A stretch of DNA of 64,000 bases from Perkinsus chesapeaki ATCC PRA-425. Its lineage: Eukaryota; Protista; Perkinsozoa. Both the position numbers and the translations under genes were made by a program. Under the pieces are notes generated by a model that was not told the DNA's origin, made no database searches, and worked only from the letters and a program-made list of their open reading frames with translations. Of the stretch, positions 55,927 through 64,000 are shown piece after piece. The first letter of the stretch is position 1; every line of letters starts with the position of its first letter. The DNA is taken from assembly GCA_013115145.1 (NCBI GenBank), contig JAAPAO010000068.1, positions 30,851 to 94,850 of the forward strand. The letters run 5' to 3'.

Positions 55927-58211
55927 TTACAAACCATAGTCAGCAGCGACCGGAGCGGGCTTGCCAGGAGCGCCGCCGACGATCTCATAAGTGGCCTTAG
56001 CGACCTCGAAGGCCAACTCATTGGCTTCCTTCTCTGTCTTTGCTTCAGCGTAGATCCTAGACCAGATATGATGCTATCAACCTCCCAAATATCTTCCATT
56101 ACCTCACGGCATCCTCAGTGCCGCTGGGCCTCACGAAGGCTCTCCCGCTCTCCTTCTTGGCCACAAGAGCGTCAATGGCAGGCTGAAGTGCCTCAGGAGC
56201 GTAGGCTGCGGTCTCATCGGCAGTGCCTGACAACAAGGCAATGCTTCCCAATTGTTTCTCCTTCAACTTACATTTCACCACAGTGCGGTCCTTGACATAG
56301 ATCTTGCCCTGTCTCGAAGGCAAGTCCTCGTACATAGCGTCCCACTCCCCAATGGACCACTTGTTCACAGTAAGAACCTACAGTACATTACAATCACACC
56401 CCGCAAACCAGCGCAGCTTCTTACAGCCTCAACTGCGAGGAAGTCGGAGATGGCATCGCCGACGGCCTGGTTGATGAGCCAGGAAAGTCCGAGGAGTCTC
56501 GAAGCGGCCTCCTTAGCTCTCTTCGAAGCTGACATTGTTCGCTATGAATAATTTCACAGTCCTTCCCTCCTTGTATTACCCTTATCATCAGCCAAGATGC
56601 CATTGAACTTAGCAAGAGCTTCGGGCTTGAACACCACAGTACCGTGACCGTTGGCCTCGAAGTACATGCCAATGGGATACTCGTGAGCGACAGCTTCCAC
56701 CTGAACAACGATTCCAACGCCTACAAGTCGGACGGTCTTACAAATTTGACACCGGTTTTGGCGAGCTCGACCCGTGCACCGAGCTTGTTACGAATGAAAC
56801 GGCCAGAGTTACCGTTGGCATAAGCGGTTTGGACCTGAAGTGTCATTTTCCAGCGCGCCACGAAATGCAAGACTTACCGCAGCGAACTGGCAATCGTCAT
56901 CATCCTTCAAACCAGCCTGATTCAACTGGGTCTGGATGAACTCAGCGAGCAGGGCGGCGATCTTATCACCGTCGAGAAGATGCCACCTGGAGCACATTAC
57001 TGTAACCAAGGCCTCTAGATCTCCTTACTTCATATCAACGTCCCAGAAGGAATACACCAATCGATCGGCATCACCGTCGAGAGAGGCAATTCTATGACCG
57101 GCATCAGCCGTAGAAGAGAAGGCTCCTGAGCACACAGAGTCCTCAAGGCCTTCGGGGAGGTCCTCTATTACCCTTAGGGGGGCATCGGCCCTTCTGGACG
57201 TACTCAGCACCGCACTCGTGGTTGAGGATAAGACCGGGAGTAGCGGGGCCATTACGAGGCACAATGGTTAGAATATCCGACATGGCAGCGGCGACCTTCT
57301 CTACCATCTCGAAGCCAACTCCACCGGCAGCATCGACAAGAACAGGGCCGCGAGCGAGCTGGGCCTCCGCAGGCACACCGGCGGTGACACGACGGAAACC
57401 TTCGTTGAACATACGGACGAAGCCCTCCTTGCTTGCCAAAGACACGTCGTGGCCGAGACCGTTAGACTGACGCACTATGTGGTGAAGGGCAGGAGTGGTA
57501 AGTTCGCCCCAGTTCTCACAGTAGCCGCCAACAGCAGCCACGCCTCTGCAAACCTAAGCGATGGGGAATATGGGAGATGTGCTAAAAGGGAAGGCCTACA
57601 CATCGGAGCAGGCGCTGACTGCTGGATCTGGTATCACAGCCAACGAAGACCACTCCGGCCTTGCAGGTGCATCCCTCGAGGGTCTTCTCGATGAGGCCAC
57701 GGAAGGTGGCAACCTGAGGATGATATGAAATGCGAGGAAATCTCTCAAAAAGGTCGAGTTACGTCGTCGGCGTTGGCCACCTTCTCGCAGAGCTCTTCCC
57801 AGTCAGCGACGAGCATACCGCCGTTGGGCTCAATCATTTTAACGCCATTATCCTGAGCGAGATGCACGCATGAACATAAAGATACCCTCAATGCGACGAA
57901 AAAAACCCTCGTTCCCGAGCCCGATTCTTACGGGCTCGGGATTGTGAGAAGCGGTGATCATGACACCCATAACCTTGCCGCCGAGGACTCTAGAGCGAGC
58001 AGCGGCGAGAGCGCCCATACGGAAGAAGACCGCATCCAAGGGTAACTCATCAGCTACCTCACGGAACCCAGCCGTACCTACATTTGAGAGAAATACGGTA
58101 TGAAAACTACCGCAGAGCACTACCGTAGGCGAGGTTCTTAGAATAGGTCTTCTGATGCTCTGGAAGGGAGGCGAGAGCTTCAAAACAGTCAGGGAGAATC
58201 GATGAGGACAT
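55927..58211 (-). CDS. PGM3: Phosphoacetylglucosamine mutase
   Basis: YG|TAGFR, active-site [10 protein letters not shown]...[50 protein letters not shown] and [12 protein letters not shown]. Confidence 0.95.
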
Positions 58212-58387
58212 CAGTATGAACTAATATAGCTACACGGTACCGTATTGTAATCTCAAAAATATCTATCATGCCTAGTACTAACTATAGCGCACTGCTAGTA
58301 AGATGCACAGTCGTCGACCAGCGTTAAGGAACTGCAAGACTTCAAGATGAGAAAGACTTGTATGATACGTGTGGCGACGAACCAAGG

Positions 58388-58672
58388 TGTCACTATCGTG
58401 ATACATTAAGACTTGAGAAGTAGTAAGATAGCAAGATATGATCCTTGCATTAGCGTATTCTTTGAGTAAGCTCTGTTAAAGCTTAATCCATCAGCCGCTG
58501 CCCAAGTATCAGTTATCTGTTAATCGTCATATAAGTTATTATCTCAAATGGGCAAGAATAGTGTTAAACCCAGTAAGGGAAGGAAAAGCACTGGCCTAGA
58601 AGAAGGAAATCTGTCCGAGTCATCCATAGCTAACAAGAGCCCTCCCCCCTCGCATACTACACCAATGCGATA
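58388..58672 (+). repeat. 5' LTR
   Basis: TGTCACTATCG...CCAATGCGATA, matching 63643-63927 with no difference seen. Confidence 0.93.
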
Positions 58673-61600
58673 TTCTACCGGGATTTCTCCAGTGGTTCAG
58701 AACAACCTTCCGGACATGGACCAACTGAAATTATGTGTCAAAGTGCCATGGCCAGGACCAAGTGCAGAAGTCCCTTACCAAGAATTTAAGGCTAAGGTTA
58801 CTAGAAGCCTTAAAATTTTCAAACTAGAAGGGTTTGCTGCCAATCTGTACCTACTCAGATGCTTAGATGATCCCATATTGAGCAAAGTTGAAGAAATGAT
58901 GGCCGAAGATCTATCGATTGATGAAATATGGGAAAATCTGGATAAGAAGTACAATGCCGCCTGGCGTAAGATAGCTTTGCGGAACAACTGGCAGAATCTC
59001 CGACAAAAGCAAGGAGAAACCCCTACTGAATTCTCTCACAGAGTGGAGACCCAGGCCAGACTGATGAAAGTTGCAGCTAACCGACACATTACTGACGAAG
59101 ACATCGCGGCCAAGTTCAGGGACTCTCTCCGTGAAGAACTACAAGAAAAACTGGAGACCTTCTTTGGTCCAGAGTACGCTGAGCTGGAAGAAACCAGGGA
59201 AGCTGCGGAGTATTTTGAAAGTAAGATGAGGGCACGTAATATACATCGCCCTAATCAGAAGTCTGACAACAAGAAGATCCTATGCCGAGCCATCGCGGCT
59301 GGCAAAACGTGCCGCTTCGGTACGCAATGTCGCTTCAGTCATGATAAAAGAAGCGCATCCTCCCCCAGTACTGAAACGGGCCCTAATGAATCAGCTCGTT
59401 TCTCCTCATCATCTGGTGTTAATAATGCTAAATCAGCAGGGGGAAAAGATCAGGATGCAAAGCCTTCTACTGTATGCTATCGTTTCATTGCAACTGGCGA
59501 TTGTAGTAGAGGAGACCAATGTCCTTATCCTCATCAATTGCCCAATAACAAGTCAACCACCAATGTGGCCAAGACTCAACCAACTACTGCTGCCATTGAG
59601 TGCAGCACTAAGCTCGATAGCTGTGGAGCAATTCTTCATAATAATGACTGTAAGCCCTTAACTGCTGAAATATGTGTTGCTGAAGGTGATGGGTTACCTT
59701 CTATATCTGTCAAAGCATTAATAGATACTGGTTCAACAGTAAATCTCTGCTCTCTATCGTGGGCCAAATCAAATCTTTCGGTCCCAATAGAGACAGACCC
59801 TAATAGCTTCAACTCTATTTGCCCTATTAAGTTAGCTGACGGGACTAGTACCCTTCAGCCAACAGCTCGCATTAACCTCCTTTGTTCTACGTTGCGAGCC
59901 AAATGTCACCAAGATTTCCTTGTGGTGGACTCGCTTTCTCCTGCTTACGACATCATCTTAGGTCTCCCTGCTCTCTCATCTCTCGGCCTGCACATTTGTT
60001 TCACCACTGATGACCCCTGGCCTGTTCTCACCAGCGGTCACGGGCACGAGAGGTATGCAGAGGACAACCTAAACGATAATTATGTCAAGAGCGACCCATC
60101 AGGTGACCCGGCCGAGTTGAGTTCGCTGGACGGACTCATGCCATCTTCTTGTGGCATAACGTTCGAGCCAGCACCTACTATTACTAATATAGTTGAAGCG
60201 TCCTCTATGGATGCCCCTATAATATTTGCTGATCCTATGCCATTAAGCAAAATCATTGATGATTCTGATTCCAATAAGTTCTACTATTTATTAGATGATT
60301 TGCCATGGTCAACTAATCGTAGACCATTTAACAACCGTAGAGAGGTTGAAGCTCGATTCAGATCATTAGAGAAATCTCTCTCGCAGGATCAGCACATTCA
60401 AGTGCAAGATTCATTCTGGGAGCTTATTGATAGTGGCGCTATCGAGTTATGTGATCCGTCATTTGTTAAGTCTTACATTCCACTTAATCCCGTTTTTAGG
60501 GACGCAAGTGTTAGTGCTACTACTCCATGTCGTTTAACTGTTGATGCACGACGACTTAATGAGTTTATAGCCACTGGATCGTGTGAGGGCGCCACCCCAA
60601 TCACGAGTAACCTTACTCAGTGGCGATTAGCGCCCCATTATGTATCATTAGATCTATCTAAAGCCTACTATTCTATACGCATTTCTGATGCAGCAAGTGA
60701 GTACTGTGGAGGATACATGTACGGCCTTACCTTTCGCTGGCGTCGACTCCCCTTTGGACTACGATGTTCCAGCGCATGCCTCCATCAAGCTCTGTACCCC
60801 CTCCTCAAGCCTTTTCATAAAGAATGCTGCCTACATCAGTATGTGGATGATATTGGTCTATCAAATATCAGTATAAGCACGTTGGTGCATAATGAAGCTA
60901 TTATATCAAAAATCCTTGACAATGCAGGATTCACTCTACAGCATAGGAAGCGTATTGCTTCTAATGAGTCTGAAGGAGTATTTAAACAATTTGGTTATCA
61001 ATGGATACTATGTCAAGATGAAGCTGGCCCTTGTGACCACATTCTCTATAAGCTGCCATCGGAATTGTCTGATGGTAAAATCCCTACAACTCGTAGAGAG
61101 TTGTCAAGTGCCTATGGTCGGTGGTACGATCCTATCGGTATATTACCTGCAGTGGCAACTTGCGCTAGGATTAACCTACGCGAAGCATTTCTCCAATCAC
61201 CTGGATGGGACGACTCGATTGACCAGAAGCACATCAAGGCCTTTCAAAGTTGGCGCAATAATATTAGCGAGGGACCGCATATAACGATCCCCCGCGCGCT
61301 CAATCCCTTGGAACTATATATGTACTGTGATTCTTCTACGATTGCTTGGGCTTGCGTAGCCCTTGCGCCTGCGTACATCGACAGCGCGGATAATCTTCAA
61401 GAGAATGCTATCCTTGTCCCGCTACGCGGTACTGGTTCCGTGTATGGGGCATCGATGGAGTCATGGTCTATCCCTAAAAAGGAGCTATATTGCTTATTCA
61501 GAGCATGCGAGCTACTGGTTGAGCTGAGCTCCGCCGTTGATGAAGCCTATCCACAGACCAAGGGCAAAAGGCAGTGGTGCATTTTCTCTGATAGCGCCAT

Positions 61601-63491
61601 CGCCATTTACAGATTGAAGGCCAACCACTCTAAATGTCAACTAACACCCTTGGAAAAGCGCTGGCTGGAGTACGTCCAGCAGGCGTGCACCCAGGGTAAA
61701 TGGCGAGTTGTTCACATTGCAAGTCCCAAAAATCTTGCTGATGCACCATCGCGGGGGATATTACCCATCACACCGTTCTCAACAACACTTGCGGAAGCTC
61801 GCCAATCTGCTGCGGAGTCTCCGGTGGTCGAGTACCAGCCCCAAGAGCAACCTCTAAATAACCCTGAGACAACCGCGATTGTAGCAGCAATAATAGAAGA
61901 GTGCAGTGATGAACAACCAGATCAACGCCAATCCCTACTACCAGTAGACTACGATGCCATCAAGCAGCACCAAGAGAGCGACCCAATCCTTAAAGAGATT
62001 CGGCAATGGCATCAGCGTGGTCAGAGGTGGTCTATACACTTTAACCTACCCAGAAGCTTCCTGGAGAAAGAAGCCCCACTATATGAGATAAACTCAGAGG
62101 ACGGGCTATTATACCGCGTCACTCTGACTAACACCCAAGGAGAGGTATTGCCCCGCATCGCTATTGCAAGTGGAGATAATGGAGACTCCCCCTTCAACAT
62201 CACTAACATCATCGATGCGGCGCACAACAAATTCCTCCACCTGGGTTACCCTAAGCTGGCTGACATCATCGAGGCTACCTACTACTCGCGCAACCTTCGG
62301 GCTCTAGTCAGAAGGCGCCTGAGTACCTGTGATGCCTGCCAAAGAGCCAATGCTCACATTAAGCACAAGAAGAAGTTCGGCAGAGTAAGATTCAAGGGCA
62401 CTGCCCCTGGTCAAGTTCTGGCTGTCGACCATATGAGTATGACTGATGGCCGCAGTATTTCCCACCCTGGTAAAGCGTTCAAGGCTATCATATCCATCAC
62501 CTGTGGTGTGACTGGGTTCACTTGGTTAAGAACCGTCTTCTCCCTTACAGTTGCGGAGCTGATATACCACCTCCAAACCCTATTTGGGGACTATGGCGCT
62601 CCTCGGGTACTTGTATTTGATGGATACGCTGTCAACACCCCTTGGACTGACAACAAGCAGTCACAACAACTAAAATGGTGGGCAAGTGGTCTCGGTATAC
62701 TCCTAGTCACCATTCCTCCTCAAGGAGGGCCATACGCTGGTTGGTATGAAAGGAAGCACCAATTTGTTCGACAAGCTCTTAGAGTCAGCACCCTCACTGG
62801 TTCTGCAATCGACAATTGGCCAGCCGAAATCCCTTATATTCAGCTGGCCCTGAATGCAGCCCCGTATGGCAAAGGAAGTGACCTATCTCCTCTACAACTA
62901 TTCTACTCAAACTGTGGCCGGCTCCCTACCGAGCCTGTGGGAAATGATGATAAAGCTATCCTTGATGGTATACGTCATCTAGTCAACCCTGTTGAGCAGT
63001 CCTTCTTGCAACAACTCCATCAAGATAATGCTACATCTTTCCGCCTCATGTTTCGCGATTACTGCGAGCATTGGAGCAAAATCAAGGAAGCTCAACAAGC
63101 GGCCCACCAAAGACGCCACGGTGCCCGCCATTCCAAAGATGTTATGGTTGGTGATTTGGCATTGGTGTATCGTCCATCTGGTCACAGAATGATTCCTAAT
63201 TTTGTTGGTCCTTATGAAGTTAAAGAGATATTATCTGATAGTACATGCCGTCTTGATATCCCAGATGAAGGAAAAAGGAACATCAGCGAGATTCAATTGC
63301 TCGCCAACGTTGTGCCGTATAGAGTGCGTGACGAGTCCAGTGATGTTATGTCTTGGATACAGTGTTCCAAATGTCTGGCTTGGCATGAAGTCTCTGAACT
63401 ACTATTCAATAGGTTCCGTCATGAGAAGGCGCGGTTCGTCTGCAGTTATGTGAAAAAGCGCTGTGGCCGCCCCCAGGACGCTGACGCGTAA
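58548..63491 (+). CDS. Gag-Pol polyprotein: Gag, 2x CCCH, aspartic protease, RT, RNase H, integrase, zf-CW
   Basis: ALIDTGS; LDLSKAYY...LPFG...YVDD; YDPIG...WDD, YCDSS, IPKKEL, FSDS, KNLADAPSRG; H..H..CDAC, AVDH, VFDG, WYER; WIQCSKCLAW. Confidence 0.95.
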   Translation: MGKNSVKPSKGRKSTGLEEGNLSESSIANKSPPPSHTTPMRYSTGISPVVQNNLPDMDQLKLCVKVPWPGPSAEVPYQEFKAKVTRSLKIFKLEGFAANLYLLRCLDDPILSKVEEMMAEDLSIDEIWENLDKKYNAAWRKIALRNNWQNLRQKQGETPTEFSHRVETQARLMKVAANRHITDEDIAAKFRDSLREELQEKLETFFGPEYAELEETREAAEYFESKMRARNIHRPNQKSDNKKILCRAIAAGKTCRFGTQCRFSHDKRSASSPSTETGPNESARFSSSSGVNNAKSAGGKDQDAKPSTVCYRFIATGDCSRGDQCPYPHQLPNNKSTTNVAKTQPTTAAIECSTKLDSCGAILHNNDCKPLTAEICVAEGDGLPSISVKALIDTGSTVNLCSLSWAKSNLSVPIETDPNSFNSICPIKLADGTSTLQPTARINLLCSTLRAKCHQDFLVVDSLSPAYDIILGLPALSSLGLHICFTTDDPWPVLTSGHGHERYAEDNLNDNYVKSDPSGDPAELSSLDGLMPSSCGITFEPAPTITNIVEASSMDAPIIFADPMPLSKIIDDSDSNKFYYLLDDLPWSTNRRPFNNRREVEARFRSLEKSLSQDQHIQVQDSFWELIDSGAIELCDPSFVKSYIPLNPVFRDASVSATTPCRLTVDARRLNEFIATGSCEGATPITSNLTQWRLAPHYVSLDLSKAYYSIRISDAASEYCGGYMYGLTFRWRRLPFGLRCSSACLHQALYPLLKPFHKECCLHQYVDDIGLSNISISTLVHNEAIISKILDNAGFTLQHRKRIASNESEGVFKQFGYQWILCQDEAGPCDHILYKLPSELSDGKIPTTRRELSSAYGRWYDPIGILPAVATCARINLREAFLQSPGWDDSIDQKHIKAFQSWRNNISEGPHITIPRALNPLELYMYCDSSTIAWACVALAPAYIDSADNLQENAILVPLRGTGSVYGASMESWSIPKKELYCLFRACELLVELSSAVDEAYPQTKGKRQWCIFSDSAIAIYRLKANHSKCQLTPLEKRWLEYVQQACTQGKWRVVHIASPKNLADAPSRGILPITPFSTTLAEARQSAAESPVVEYQPQEQPLNNPETTAIVAAIIEECSDEQPDQRQSLLPVDYDAIKQHQESDPILKEIRQWHQRGQRWSIHFNLPRSFLEKEAPLYEINSEDGLLYRVTLTNTQGEVLPRIAIASGDNGDSPFNITNIIDAAHNKFLHLGYPKLADIIEATYYSRNLRALVRRRLSTCDACQRANAHIKHKKKFGRVRFKGTAPGQVLAVDHMSMTDGRSISHPGKAFKAIISITCGVTGFTWLRTVFSLTVAELIYHLQTLFGDYGAPRVLVFDGYAVNTPWTDNKQSQQLKWWASGLGILLVTIPPQGGPYAGWYERKHQFVRQALRVSTLTGSAIDNWPAEIPYIQLALNAAPYGKGSDLSPLQLFYSNCGRLPTEPVGNDDKAILDGIRHLVNPVEQSFLQQLHQDNATSFRLMFRDYCEHWSKIKEAQQAAHQRRHGARHSKDVMVGDLALVYRPSGHRMIPNFVGPYEVKEILSDSTCRLDIPDEGKRNISEIQLLANVVPYRVRDESSDVMSWIQCSKCLAWHEVSELLFNRFRHEKARFVCSYVKKRCGRPQDADA

Positions 63492-63642
63492 TAGCACGTG
63501 CAGTATATCCTAATTGTGTTGATGTGATGCTGAACCTCTCTCTATCTCTGTCTCTTAATTGTAGCAGTATGTATGACGTAAGTATCATCGTTATACCACC
63601 CCCTTTTTCTGTCTAACGATTAACTCGTGGCGGCGGCGGGAG

Positions 63643-63927
63643 TGTCACTATCGTGATACATTAAGACTTGAGAAGTAGTAAGATAGCAAGATATGATCCT
63701 TGCATTAGCGTATTCTTTGAGTAAGCTCTGTTAAAGCTTAATCCATCAGCCGCTGCCCAAGTATCAGTTATCTGTTAATCGTCATATAAGTTATTATCTC
63801 AAATGGGCAAGAATAGTGTTAAACCCAGTAAGGGAAGGAAAAGCACTGGCCTAGAAGAAGGAAATCTGTCCGAGTCATCCATAGCTAACAAGAGCCCTCC
63901 CCCCTCGCATACTACACCAATGCGATA
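63643..63927 (+). repeat. 3' LTR
   Basis: Identical by eye to the 5' LTR and preceded by a polypurine-like tract. Confidence 0.93.
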
Positions 63928-64000
63928 AAGGTGTCCGTCGGAAAGAGCTGGTGGCGGATCCATAATGAACACAATGCAGATGACGTAAACCAGATACCAA

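Larger units (their letters stand above)
58388..63927 (+). mobile_element. Full-length LTR retrotransposon, BEL/Pao-like
   Basis: Two 285-bp direct repeats around one 1647-aa ORF; purine-rich GGCGGCGGCGGGAG just before the 3' repeat; AAGG on both flanks. Confidence 0.93.

Overview
Compact, intron-rich eukaryotic DNA of about 50% GC with mostly 35-60 nt GT-AG introns. The gene content and style suggest a Perkinsus-like alveolate (inference). The ORF track therefore shows exon fragments, and I rebuilt genes by eye across splice sites, so boundaries are approximate. A + strand block (1.4-14.4 kb) holds a chromodomain protein, N-myristoyltransferase, Tom22 and a cullin-3. A long - strand block (14.4-58.2 kb, with RPL29 the only clear + gene) holds a PH-domain protein, a HAD-IIA phosphatase, an array of 8 intronless paralogues of an uncharacterised family, duplicated MTFP1, a 4-member secreted-protein family, syntaxin-6, two inward-rectifier K+ channel paralogues and phosphoacetylglucosamine mutase. 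The window ends in an intact LTR retrotransposon with identical LTRs. Main surprises: (1) at least seven introns, several consisting of little else, carry relics of tRNA 3' halves in either orientation; (2) an otherwise intact Kir paralogue has lost its TVGFG selectivity filter in frame, and both Kirs carry a zinc-finger-like insert; (3) the retrotransposon is BEL/Pao-like in a non-animal host, with CCCH fingers in Gag and a CW-type zinc finger after the integrase.
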